Notes: a model not told the origin generated them from the letters alone. A stretch of 64,000 bases of DNA from Acholeplasmataceae bacterium (GCA_963675245.1 OY775910.1:64001-128000), one strand, 5' to 3'. Positions 30,112 through 40,779 are shown, counted from the stretch's first letter. A program made the numbers and translations.

Positions 30112-32952
30112 CTATCTTTTTCTAAATATGAAGAATCCCCAAGTACCAAATCCTGCTACTGACACTGCGTCTAAGATGACTAAACCAAGCATCCATACTG
30201 GCATTCTATAGCCTAATACTTCCGTATTCATTGCATTAGAATTAGTGACCATATAGAGGATATTTTTAGCACCGTTTGCCAATACAGACATATCACTAAC
30301 TGATGATTTAGAGGCGTTAAATTCTTGATTTAACGTTTGTAAATTAATATCTCCCCCAGCATATGCCATTTGTTTAGAATCCATATGACTACCTGTGTTG
30401 AAGTCACTAATAACAGCTCCTTGGAATCCCCATTCCTCTCTTAAGACTTCGGTTAATAGACGGTAATCACCACCTGCCCATTTAGTACCAATTCTGTTAA
30501 ATGAAGACATCATACCAGTAGTTTGTCCAACTTTAACTGTATATTCAAATGGTTTTAAGTAAATTTCTCTTAATGTTTGTTCATCAAGCCAAGTAGCAAC
30601 ACCTGAACGTGATGTTTCTTGTTCGTTCACCGCAAAGTGCTTAACGAATGTATATACACCCTTACTCATTGCACCTTGAATTTCATGTGATGCCATAATA
30701 CCTGTTAAAAATGGATCTTCACTAAAATATTCACCGGTACGTCCACCAAAAGGTGAGCGATGTAAATTTACACCAGGTGAATACCAACCGGAATAAGGAA
30801 TGCCATCACCATCTTCATTACCAATTAAACCTTCATCACCAACAGCTTCTCCAAACTTATATAATAATTCAACATTGAATGTTGCTGCCATGATTGGTTC
30901 ACATCCATAGTGTGACGTACCATAAACAGTTCCTGTAGATAGGAAGTTTACAAAACCAGCAGGTCCATCTGCATCTGTAGTTTGAGGTTTACCAATGTTT
31001 AATAACGCAATCGTTTGGAAAGCCCCTTTATTAAATAGGTCTATTAAATCATCTCCTGAGAGTTGACTTATTAGTTCTTCCCATTGAGGATCATCAAAAT
31101 CAGCATCAACTAAATCTTGTAGTGTAAGTGTTCCTTCTTCGTTTAACAATGGAAATTCAGTGTAAGTATTTGGGTTCAATGAATCTACTGAATTAATACC
31201 AGTATTTGTCGCAGCACTAATAATTTTTTCGGCTGCTGTACGCATTGATGGGAATGTACCATCCCAATCATTTCTGGATAATACAATTGTTAATTCGTCA
31301 TCAGCATCATCAAAACGATTAACTACCTCATTATTTGTCGTTGTATCATTTTCAAATAAAATATCAGCAGCAACATTCATCGTGAAATTCTCATATTCGT
31401 CATGTGCATTAATACCTAAGCGGAATGTATAAGTTCCGGCATCTAATTCGTAACCTTCATTGCTATTTGAATTAGCATCATTATAGTCATAAGACGCAAA
31501 ACTATATGGATCAATTTCAATAGTTACTGTTTCAGACTCTGATGGAGCAATATCACCAGTTTTAGCAAATCCAACCAATACAACATGTGATTTTTCGATT
31601 TCACCAGCATTGTACGGTGTTGTAACATAAATCATTACAGTATCTTTACCAGCTACAGTACCCGTGTTTGTTACTTCTACATCGATTTCAAATGTTTCAT
31701 TAGCAGTAATTGAATCTCCTTCAAGTGCATTTGAATTTGTAATTTCTTGTGTAAATGTCGTATAACTTAAACCATATCCAAACGGATAAACGACATGATC
31801 ATCGTACCAAATTTCTCCATCGGTTTCGCCACGTGTTTCATAATAACGATATCCCATGTAAATACCTTCTTCATAATCAACGAAAGCATATAAATAACTT
31901 GATATTTGATTGGCTATCGATGTATATCTTTCACCTCGTACTTCTAAATTGTTACCAAAGTTTTGCCATGTAGGATCTTCTTTATAATCACGAACCCAAG
32001 TGTCAACAGTTCTTCCAGATGGATTGACTTCGCCAGTTAGAATACGTCCTAATGACATGATACCTGTATCACCAGGGGCTCCAATCCATAGTGCTGCATC
32101 AATATTAGCATTGTATGCATAGTGAGTCGTATCATCCAAGAAACCTAATTCAATTTGTGTACTACTATTAATAACGATGATTACTTTATCAAATGCTGCA
32201 GTAACTTCTGCAATTAGATCTGTTTCATTTTGATCAAGTTGTAAATAATGATCATCTGCATTTCTTGCACCTTCAACCGGATCACCATTGTTATCTGACA
32301 TTGTTCTAGGTAGATCAAATCCTTCGCCACCTATACGTGAGATAACAATAATTGCTGCATCATCATAATTGGAGAAAGTACCTCTTAATGTAGCATCATA
32401 ACTACTCCATGGTGTTTCACCTGTCCATAATGAAATGATACCATTATTGTCCATTTGTGGATTTGAAGGTCTTCCTGAACCAGATGCATCATCATCTTCA
32501 TAAAAACTAACTAATGCTGGATTATATGAAATACCAACAGCATCTAAACTCTCAAATAATGTATTCACATTCGCACCACTACCAGCACCAGATCCAGAAC
32601 CACCATATACAAGGTCAACAGAATTTTTACCAAATACACTAACGCTTGAACCTGTTGCAATTGGTAAAGCATTTGAATCATTCTTTAAAAGGACTATTCC
32701 TTCTTCAAATAATTCCTCATTAACTGCATTACCATTTAATCTTGCTTCTTCTTTTGTGTTAAATTCAGTCTCAAATACTTGAGTTGTACCGCTTGCAGTA
32801 ATTGCTGCACCTTTACCTAGGACATTACTAATTATGTCGTAAAACATAGTAGAGGCTAAAATGGTTAAAACTGTTAATAAAACAATCGTAATTGACGTCG
32901 TAATCAACCACACTATAGATTGTCTTGTTTTAAAAAATTTATTTTTTGACAT
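30112..32952 (-). CDS. GH3 beta-glycosidase, permuted order, N- and C-terminal TM
   Basis: EGIVLLKN, SRIGGEG, DADGPAG, GRTGEYFSED, VKHFA, WGFQGAVISDF. Confidence 0.94.
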   Translation of the reverse strand: MSKNKFFKTRQSIVWLITTSITIVLLTVLTILASTMFYDIISNVLGKGAAITASGTTQVFETEFNTKEEARLNGNAVNEELFEEGIVLLKNDSNALPIATGSSVSVFGKNSVDLVYGGSGSGAGSGANVNTLFESLDAVGISYNPALVSFYEDDDASGSGRPSNPQMDNNGIISLWTGETPWSSYDATLRGTFSNYDDAAIIVISRIGGEGFDLPRTMSDNNGDPVEGARNADDHYLQLDQNETDLIAEVTAAFDKVIIVINSSTQIELGFLDDTTHYAYNANIDAALWIGAPGDTGIMSLGRILTGEVNPSGRTVDTWVRDYKEDPTWQNFGNNLEVRGERYTSIANQISSYLYAFVDYEEGIYMGYRYYETRGETDGEIWYDDHVVYPFGYGLSYTTFTQEITNSNALEGDSITANETFEIDVEVTNTGTVAGKDTVMIYVTTPYNAGEIEKSHVVLVGFAKTGDIAPSESETVTIEIDPYSFASYDYNDANSNSNEGYELDAGTYTFRLGINAHDEYENFTMNVAADILFENDTTTNNEVVNRFDDADDELTIVLSRNDWDGTFPSMRTAAEKIISAATNTGINSVDSLNPNTYTEFPLLNEEGTLTLQDLVDADFDDPQWEELISQLSGDDLIDLFNKGAFQTIALLNIGKPQTTDADGPAGFVNFLSTGTVYGTSHYGCEPIMAATFNVELLYKFGEAVGDEGLIGNEDGDGIPYSGWYSPGVNLHRSPFGGRTGEYFSEDPFLTGIMASHEIQGAMSKGVYTFVKHFAVNEQETSRSGVATWLDEQTLREIYLKPFEYTVKVGQTTGMMSSFNRIGTKWAGGDYRLLTEVLREEWGFQGAVISDFNTGSHMDSKQMAYAGGDINLQTLNQEFNASKSSVSDMSVLANGAKNILYMVTNSNAMNTEVLGYRMPVWMLGLVILDAVSVAGFGTWGFFIFRKR

Positions 32953-32991
32953 TCTCCCACTCCTAAATTATTGATTTATTTTTTTAATTTA

Positions 32992-34743
32992 TTAATTGTA
33001 ATTTCCACTAACTACGTCCCATGTTAAGTAGGCATATGTTTCAATTTTAATTGCATCTACCATCGGTGCTGTTGCTGTCATTGTACCACCCATCGCGATG
33101 CTATTATCAGTCAACAATACAACTGTGTTCGTACCTTCAACGAGGCTAACATTTACCGACATGACATAGTCTTGGAATGGTAAATATGAAATTTCTTCAA
33201 ATTGAGAAGGTACATCTATGAAATACACATTGCCATAATTAATTGATGTACCGTTAACAGTAACTGTATACGTTGGAAGATTTGCACCAACAGTTGATGT
33301 AATATAAAAATCCATAATTTCAGCAGATAATCTCAAACTCAATGTTGCGTTATCAACTTCGCGATCCGATTCTATCGTAAATGTAAGAGCAATACCATCT
33401 GCGTATAAATATGAAATAAAATAGCCATTACTTGCGTTCACAACACCATTTGAGTCATCTCTAATAATGGCATCTGTACCGTTTGCATTACCTGAATAAC
33501 CAGGTCCAGTAAAATCTGAAAAATCTAAATCTTCTGCTTCATAGACATATGTCATAGACCATTGTGCATAAACAGTAGTATCTTCACTAATACCTGTGCT
33601 AAAGTCATAACCAATAAGTCCTAATGTACTATTGCTCCATCCAGCAAATGTATAACCGGTTCTTGAAGGATTTTGCATTGGTGTAATTGCAACGTTTGCA
33701 TCGACAATAACTGGATTAGGGTTTAGTGCTCCTTGATAGTTATAATCATATGTCAATACAACCGCTTCAGTCCACTTAGCATATAGTGTTAACTCAGCAG
33801 TAATTGGTGTTGTAATATTAAATGATGTTGTAAGTTCAGCATCCGTAAACCACCCAGCAAATCGATACCCTACTCTAGATACACTAGGTTGTGAGATGAT
33901 TGCTCCTTCAGTGATATTTTGAGAATTAACTGATGGGGCATCTGTGTAATTCAAATCAAATGAAACTGTATATGTTTGTGCATTAGCATCAACCCACTTC
34001 GCATAAACAGTCACATCAGCATTAATGACAGAAAATTCATATGGTGTACTTAATGCTGCATCTTCAAACCATCCAGCAAAAGTGTAATCCGTTCTAGTTG
34101 GTACTGTAGGTGTCGCAACAACTGATCCCAAATCCACAGATACTTCTGAAGCTGTTGGTGCACCACTATAATTTAAATCAAATGTTACAATGACTTGTTC
34201 AACCCATTTTGCATATAATGTGAAATCACTATTAACAACGAGTGAAAAATTATAAGCTGTACTAAAGGTATCATCAATATACCAACCATCAAAACGATAT
34301 CCTTCTCTAGTTGGATCATCTAATGTTACAGTTGATCCTTCAGCTATCGATAATGTTTCATTTGAACCGCCACCTTGATAATCAACTAATACATCATGGT
34401 ATGTCACTGTTTCTGACCATACTGCATAGATAATAAAATTATTTGAAGTAATAGGTGAACTGAAATCGTATGCGTCACCATTTCCATCTGCATTATCATA
34501 CCAACCTAAAAAATCATAGCCGCTGCGAATAGGATCAACAGATGGTTCAGCAACTGCAGTATTTTCATCCACTCTTGCGACATCAGGTTCGTTTTGAACA
34601 GCATCACCATCGGCATTCACATCAAAAATAACCGTGTATCTCACAGGATCCGGGACAACAGTATTATCACATGCGATTAATACAAATGTTAATGTTGTTA
34701 ATAATAATGTTAAAAGCATTGTTTTTAAAATTGTTTTTTTCAT
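32992..34743 (-). CDS. Lipoprotein with five InlB B-repeats and a C-terminal CBM-like domain
   Basis: Lipobox LIAC; 5x (R.GY.F.GW....YA.W); then YEAED jelly-roll-like domain; start ATG 34743. Confidence 0.85.
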   Translation of the reverse strand: MKKTILKTMLLTLLLTTLTFVLIACDNTVVPDPVRYTVIFDVNADGDAVQNEPDVARVDENTAVAEPSVDPIRSGYDFLGWYDNADGNGDAYDFSSPITSNNFIIYAVWSETVTYHDVLVDYQGGGSNETLSIAEGSTVTLDDPTREGYRFDGWYIDDTFSTAYNFSLVVNSDFTLYAKWVEQVIVTFDLNYSGAPTASEVSVDLGSVVATPTVPTRTDYTFAGWFEDAALSTPYEFSVINADVTVYAKWVDANAQTYTVSFDLNYTDAPSVNSQNITEGAIISQPSVSRVGYRFAGWFTDAELTTSFNITTPITAELTLYAKWTEAVVLTYDYNYQGALNPNPVIVDANVAITPMQNPSRTGYTFAGWSNSTLGLIGYDFSTGISEDTTVYAQWSMTYVYEAEDLDFSDFTGPGYSGNANGTDAIIRDDSNGVVNASNGYFISYLYADGIALTFTIESDREVDNATLSLRLSAEIMDFYITSTVGANLPTYTVTVNGTSINYGNVYFIDVPSQFEEISYLPFQDYVMSVNVSLVEGTNTVVLLTDNSIAMGGTMTATAPMVDAIKIETYAYLTWDVVSGNYN

Positions 34744-34936
34744 TAGCAAAAAACCTCCTAGATAATTAAATGGCATTTATATATTATATGTAAAACAATT
34801 CATTTTTTAATGAAAAAGTTTATATTCGTGTTTTATGTATTGATTTATTTATTTTCCCTTTAAAATAAATAAAAATCCCGTTTAATATTTTATGAAAATC
34901 TTGTTTTTTAATATGTTGAGTAAATTATTTACAGGT

Positions 34937-35006
34937 ATCAACCACTGAACAGGGGATACTAGATGTCATCAAATGATGTTGAACTAGTATCCCTTGTCGA
35001 GTTGAT
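34937..35006. other. Long intergenic stem-loop downstream of the large GH3
   Basis: ACAGGGGATACTAG / CTAGTATCCCTTGT stem plus outer ATCAAC/GTTGAT pairs. Confidence 0.65.
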
Positions 35007-35048
35007 TGATTAATTAATCTTCTAACATTTTAAAAGACTAATCGTTAA

Positions 35049-38000
35049 TTACTTATTAAATTGTTTCTTATTTCTTGTAATAACAAATGCAAATGCAACT
35101 GTTAATAATAACATTGTCGCGAAAACAATTGTACTTGAAATGGTGATTTCAGATCCACAACCAGTTTCTGCTAATTGTGTTTCGATATCATCAATACGTC
35201 CTGTTTCATCATCAAGTGAACTATTGAGTGTATCAAGTGACGCTTGTAAAGCTGCAATATCAGTAGCGATATCTGCTGCAACAGCATCATCACCAGCTGC
35301 AATCGCTGCTTCTAATGTTGTTTGTAATGCTGTAATTGCTGCATCGACTGCATCGATAGCTGCATTGATTGTAGCAACATCTGCATCAAGTGCTGAGTCA
35401 AGTGCTGCAAGGTCTTCAACCAAGCCAACAACATCAACCCAACCAGCATAATACGTGACATCAGCTGCAACATTTGCACTGAAGTCTACTGCTGTTGTAG
35501 CAGCTGCGTCTGTGAACCATCCTAAGAAGATTGCACCTGGACGATAAGGTGCTGCTAATGCTGCGATTGGTGTATCTTGAACTACGGCAACAACTTCGTC
35601 AGAAGCACCAGTGAAGTTACCTGCGAATGTGACATCATATGTTGGAAGTGGAATACCAGCAGCAACAACTAATGTTACATCTGTTGGAACGTCAATTGTT
35701 CCAGACATCCATCCACCCCATAATACCCAACTTGCATTAACATTAATTGTTACATCATATGATCCAGGCATTGTTGGTGTTCCAGTGATGTTACCAGCTG
35801 CATCGAGAACTAAACCAGCAGGTAGCGCACCACCAATAACACTATATGTAAGATTAGATAATGGTGCAGTCATTGTACCCCAGTTTGTTTGAACAGGATA
35901 AGATGTGACACCAAATGTAATTGATCCATCTGTTACAGCAACATTCTCTTCAAGTGCATCAAGATTTGCTAATGTGAATGCAGAAGCAACTTCAAGTGAG
36001 AAGTCGACTGAACCAACATTTACCCAGTAATTTCCAGAATAACTAACTCTAAATGAGAATGAACCATTTACTGTAGGTGTACCAGAAATTTGGCCTGTAG
36101 CTTCATTTAATGATAAACCAGCAGGTAAAGATCCAGATGTTATTGAAGCACTAATACCCATGCCTTGTACATTTTCAGGTATTACATTTGCACTAAATGA
36201 TGAGAATTGAGTTGCATCTGCTAAAGCACCATCAACTGTACCTAATTGCAAGAAATTACCCATTAAGTTACTGTTAACTGATGTGTAAAGGACATTTTTA
36301 GCAGCAGTACGAACTGCCCACCATTGTGAGTACGAAGGAACGGCTTCAGTTTCACCAACAGGTGTATAAACAGGTGCACCTTCAGTTTCATCCCACTGTG
36401 CATAGTTATCACTATAATTACGATTACCAAGAGGAATATCATTACCCATTGGCCACATTTCATTTAAGTTCATGTATGAATTAGATCCGCCACCAACAAA
36501 GTAGTCGGTCACAACATGACCTTCAAATCCCCATTCATTACGTAATACTTCGACTAGTAATGCATAGTTGGCACTAGCATCAACTGCACCAATTCTATTG
36601 AATGAAGACATAACGGCATATGAACCACCTTCTTGAACTGCAAGTTGGAATGGTTTCAAATAAACTTCTCTCATAGCTTGTTCATCAAGATAAGTCGAAA
36701 TACCCATTCTTTCAGTTTCTTGATCGTTAATTGCAAAGTGTTTAATATACGTATATAGACCTTTAGCTTGTGCACCTCTGACAGTAGCAGCAGCTACTTT
36801 ACCACCTAAGAAACCATCTTCTGAATAGTATTCAAAGTTTCTACCAGCAAATGAACTTCGGTGAGTATTCATAGCAGGTCCATACCAACCACTAATACCA
36901 AGCCATAATGCTTCGTTACCAACCATTTGACCCATTTGTTCAGCTATTTCTAAATTCCATGAAGAAGCGATTGTTACTTCTGATGCCCAATAGAATCCAC
37001 TACCAAATCCAGCAGGACCATCAGCATCTGTTGCTCTTTCTTTACCAATGGAAGCAACTGCAGATGTAGAATAACTACCTCTACTTACAAACACTGCTAA
37101 TTCTTCATATGATAATTGGTTTAAGAAAGCATCCCAAGCAGGATCATCTTTAGGCACATTAATCATATCAGATAGTTGTGTAGCTACAAGTCCATCTACA
37201 CGTGCATCAACTTCAGCTTGAGAAGCTTGAGTGTAACCAGCTACATCAGTTGCATCTTTATACCAAGGTGCTGTTTCATCTTCTAGATCTTCAAGAACGA
37301 ATACATGTGCAAGTTGATCAGCTAAAGTTGAATCAGCAGCAATAGTTAAGTCAGCTACTGAAGGAGCAACAGGGAAAGTAGCAGCAAAATCAGCTCTTGA
37401 CATAATTGTCATAGTCAAATCTGCAGTACCATCATTATCAATATCAGGAAGTGAATTGAAATAATCATCATTCGTAAATCTGTTTTCTACTGTATCACCT
37501 GTAACTCTATCGTTATCGTAGTTAATACCAGATACTATAGAATAAGGAATAGTAGCAACTACTTCATGTGAATTTCTCTTTATTTGAATGTCATAACTAC
37601 CAGCATCTAATTCATACCCAGTATGTCCGTTATCATTTGCATCATTATAATCATAGGATGCCATGTCTTGAACGTATAATTCAATGACAACATCTTGAGA
37701 TTGTCCAGGTTGTAATAAACCTGTTTTAGCAAAGCCACCAAGAACAGTTGAAGATTTTTCAATCTCACCATTGATGTATGGTGCGTCATAATATAGTTCA
37801 ACTACATCTTTACCAGCAACATCGCCAGTATTTGTAACAGTAACAGTCACTGAAATCATGCCATCTGATGTTAATGCAGATCCAGAAACTGGACTTGCAC
37901 TTGCAACTGACCATGAGAAAGTTGTGTAACTTAACCCATATCCAAATGGATATACGACATTGTCATCATACCATGAACCGCCTTCAATTTCACCACGTGT

Positions 38001-39050
38001 TTCATAATAGCGATACCCTACATAAATGCCTTCTTCGTACATTAACGCCATAGAACCACGGTTGATATTGAGTTCAGTTGGGGTACCATCTACATCTTCA
38101 TATAGTCGAATACCAGAATCCACATTTTGTGAGTTATCACCAAAGTTTTGATATGTCGGATCTAAAGTGAAATCAGCAGCATAAGTATCAACTGTACGGC
38201 CAGATGGATTTACACTACCATTTAGAATACTACCAAGCGCCATGATTGCGTTAGTACCTGGATGACCTACCCAAACGACAGCATTAATTGCAGCATCTTC
38301 TTCTAAAACACCTAATTCAAGAGGTGAACTATTATTTATAACAACAATGATGTTTTCAAAGTTTGCTTTAACATGTGCAATCATATCAAGTTCATCTTGA
38401 TTTAATTCTAAATAGTGCTTTTCATAAAAAGCTGATTCAGGATCAAGACTTACACCAGGTAAATCGCCACCTTCAGAACCACTTCTTGTGATAACAATAA
38501 TAGCAGCATCATTGAAAAGTGGATAAGAATCAAATTGTTGACGACCATAATGATCCATTGGTGTCTCACCAATCACAGCACCACCACCGCCAAGACCGGC
38601 AACACTTCTCAATGGTGTATTGTCATTTTCATAAAAGTCTTTTAACACCGGGTTAACATTATAACCAGCTGCATCTAAACTTTCATAAATACCTACAGCC
38701 CCAGTAGTATTACCTTGACCAGAACCACCACCACCAAGCGCCATATTGGTAGAGTTTTTACCAAACACAGTGACATTTTCGATTTCAACTGTTGGTAAAA
38801 CACCGTCATTTTTTAGAAGAATAAAACCTTCTTCACCAATTTTTTCGTTAACAACGAGTGCATGTTCTTCTGTTTCTTCAAAACTTGTGAAGTCAGAATA
38901 ATACAAACCGTCATTTTCGTCAAAATCAGCAGCAAAAACTTGATTTGCTGTTACTACAAAGAAACTTAGAACAGCGACGAGCACAAGCAAAGTCATTTTT
39001 TTGAGTAGACCAAAACTTTGTACTCTTTTACTACAATTTATTTGTTTCAT
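35049..39050 (-). CDS. Surface GH3 beta-glycosidase (catalytic motifs intact); 2 putative Ig repeats, InlB B-repeat, coiled coil, GCG-TM anchor
   Basis: Signal peptide; TRSGSEG, DADGPAG, GRNFEYYSED, IKHFA, WGFEGHVVTDY; C-terminal ~200 aa nearly identical to 18786..23216. Confidence 0.94.
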   Translation of the reverse strand: MKQINCSKRVQSFGLLKKMTLLVLVAVLSFFVVTANQVFAADFDENDGLYYSDFTSFEETEEHALVVNEKIGEEGFILLKNDGVLPTVEIENVTVFGKNSTNMALGGGGSGQGNTTGAVGIYESLDAAGYNVNPVLKDFYENDNTPLRSVAGLGGGGAVIGETPMDHYGRQQFDSYPLFNDAAIIVITRSGSEGGDLPGVSLDPESAFYEKHYLELNQDELDMIAHVKANFENIIVVINNSSPLELGVLEEDAAINAVVWVGHPGTNAIMALGSILNGSVNPSGRTVDTYAADFTLDPTYQNFGDNSQNVDSGIRLYEDVDGTPTELNINRGSMALMYEEGIYVGYRYYETRGEIEGGSWYDDNVVYPFGYGLSYTTFSWSVASASPVSGSALTSDGMISVTVTVTNTGDVAGKDVVELYYDAPYINGEIEKSSTVLGGFAKTGLLQPGQSQDVVIELYVQDMASYDYNDANDNGHTGYELDAGSYDIQIKRNSHEVVATIPYSIVSGINYDNDRVTGDTVENRFTNDDYFNSLPDIDNDGTADLTMTIMSRADFAATFPVAPSVADLTIAADSTLADQLAHVFVLEDLEDETAPWYKDATDVAGYTQASQAEVDARVDGLVATQLSDMINVPKDDPAWDAFLNQLSYEELAVFVSRGSYSTSAVASIGKERATDADGPAGFGSGFYWASEVTIASSWNLEIAEQMGQMVGNEALWLGISGWYGPAMNTHRSSFAGRNFEYYSEDGFLGGKVAAATVRGAQAKGLYTYIKHFAINDQETERMGISTYLDEQAMREVYLKPFQLAVQEGGSYAVMSSFNRIGAVDASANYALLVEVLRNEWGFEGHVVTDYFVGGGSNSYMNLNEMWPMGNDIPLGNRNYSDNYAQWDETEGAPVYTPVGETEAVPSYSQWWAVRTAAKNVLYTSVNSNLMGNFLQLGTVDGALADATQFSSFSANVIPENVQGMGISASITSGSLPAGLSLNEATGQISGTPTVNGSFSFRVSYSGNYWVNVGSVDFSLEVASAFTLANLDALEENVAVTDGSITFGVTSYPVQTNWGTMTAPLSNLTYSVIGGALPAGLVLDAAGNITGTPTMPGSYDVTINVNASWVLWGGWMSGTIDVPTDVTLVVAAGIPLPTYDVTFAGNFTGASDEVVAVVQDTPIAALAAPYRPGAIFLGWFTDAAATTAVDFSANVAADVTYYAGWVDVVGLVEDLAALDSALDADVATINAAIDAVDAAITALQTTLEAAIAAGDDAVAADIATDIAALQASLDTLNSSLDDETGRIDDIETQLAETGCGSEITISSTIVFATMLLLTVAFAFVITRNKKQFNK
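35055..35666 (-). repeat. 612-bp inverted repeat, copy B
   Basis: Reverse complement matches 22602-23213 with 7 mismatches. Confidence 0.97.
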
Positions 39051-39447
39051 GTTCTTCTCCTTCTTATTTTTTATTTACCCAATAAATTAGGTATTTTGAG
39101 AACATTTTAACTTATGTGTGTCAATAATTATTCATTTATAAAATTTTGGTATAGTATTTCTACCGTTCCTAATCTTAACATACGACTGAATTTTCGGCAC
39201 ACAAACAACGTTATCGATGATAACGGTTACATAATAACATTTTTTAAATCAAATTTTTGTATTATGTCATAAATTGTCAATATCGTGGCAAGTTTTGCAT
39301 TTTACTAAAAATGTTGCGTTTTTTGATAAGGATTTGGCTTATTTTTAAGGGTTTAATCCATATGATATCCATATATTGAATTTTTAACTTGTCGTTTATG
39401 AATATACCAGTTTTTAGAAAGATTGGTTATTTTATTTATAAACATAT

Positions 39448-40779
39448 CTAAAAATCCATTTGTTTTTGTGAATTTAGTGGTATTAAAATGTATAGTGTAA
39501 ACCAATTGTTCCCAGGGTTGATATTGACAACGCCACCATATTTTTTGGCAATAGATTTAATAGATTTAATCCCATATCCATGATAACTTGTTTCTTGCTT
39601 CGTTGTCACAAGCATACCATCTTCGTATTTCAAATCATTTTCATAATAATTTTCAAATTTAATCATCAATAATTCATTTTGAGCAAATACTGTTAACTTT
39701 ATCAATTTCTTTTCAGGGTCTTCGATACCTTTAACAGATTCAATCGCATTATCAATCGCGTTTCCAAATAGAGATGTGAGATCAACAATATTCATAAAAT
39801 CCAAATGCTTACCATCGACAACAAATGTAAAGGTAATTTGCAATTTTGCACAGACCATGCTTTTTGATGTCAATATTGTATCTAATACATGGTTACCTGT
39901 GTTTGTTCTAACGCCGTAAGATATAATATCTTTTTCGATTTCTTCAAGAAAGTGTTCTCTTTTCTCACTATCTGTTTCTGCTCTAATTAGATTAATTTGG
40001 TGTTTTAAATCATGGTATCTTTGATTAATAACATCAAGATTTTCTTTTGATGACATATATTGGTTATAATGTTTTAAAAATGCATTTTGCAAGGCATCTA
40101 ATTCGCTTTTTGTGTTTAGGGCAAGATGATGTTCATGATGCATGTAGATTAGAATCACACCACACAAATCAACGAGTGTTCTAATATAAAATATTTCTTC
40201 AGGATTTCTACCAGTTAGTGGTGTATAAATATCAAGAAATGATAAGTTACTTATCGCAAAGATCATGACAGCAATCGTCACCATAGAGATCATATCATTT
40301 TTTCTCATACCGATGATATACCGACGTATGCTATAGCGCTTTTGTAATAAATATACAACGATAAAAATGAGTAGATACATACCTATGGCAAATGCATATC
40401 CAATCCAGAAATTTTGGGCTAACTGTGTATCATTAAAAATAAAGTAATAAAATTGCCATTCAAAAGATGCTGCAAACTCAGCAATAACAAATGATTGTGC
40501 GGCAAATAATGTCGACGCTGTCAAATCTAAATCTGTCGTAACATATATAAATAAGACAATTGATGCGACAGCTCCAATCATGGCTGGAATCCAAAACCCT
40601 ACAGGTAAATATCCTGTACCAACCATGTATGCAACTTGTATCACTAACCAGCCAAATATCACACCATATAATTTCCAACCAGAAAGTCTCTTTCTTGCGA
40701 ATATGATAATGACTAAAGCAAATAACCATTCAGCTAACGCAGTAATCTCTCTTGGCACATTGATGAGATCTATAGGCAT
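39448..40779 (-). CDS. Multi-TM sensor histidine kinase (AgrC-like GHKL domain)
   Basis: ~7 TM; H-box RYHDLKHQ; N-box GNAIDNAIE; G-box TTK..HGYGIKSI. Confidence 0.9.
   Translation of the reverse strand: MPIDLINVPREITALAEWLFALVIIIFARKRLSGWKLYGVIFGWLVIQVAYMVGTGYLPVGFWIPAMIGAVASIVLFIYVTTDLDLTASTLFAAQSFVIAEFAASFEWQFYYFIFNDTQLAQNFWIGYAFAIGMYLLIFIVVYLLQKRYSIRRYIIGMRKNDMISMVTIAVMIFAISNLSFLDIYTPLTGRNPEEIFYIRTLVDLCGVILIYMHHEHHLALNTKSELDALQNAFLKHYNQYMSSKENLDVINQRYHDLKHQINLIRAETDSEKREHFLEEIEKDIISYGVRTNTGNHVLDTILTSKSMVCAKLQITFTFVVDGKHLDFMNIVDLTSLFGNAIDNAIESVKGIEDPEKKLIKLTVFAQNELLMIKFENYYENDLKYEDGMLVTTKQETSYHGYGIKSIKSIAKKYGGVVNINPGNNWFTLYILIPLNSQKQMDF

Noticed and set aside
22602..35666. Shufflon, site-specific invertase system or diversity-generating retroelement
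   Set aside because: No recombinase or reverse transcriptase in the window; the few mismatches lie in the anchor region rather than a variable ligand-binding domain.
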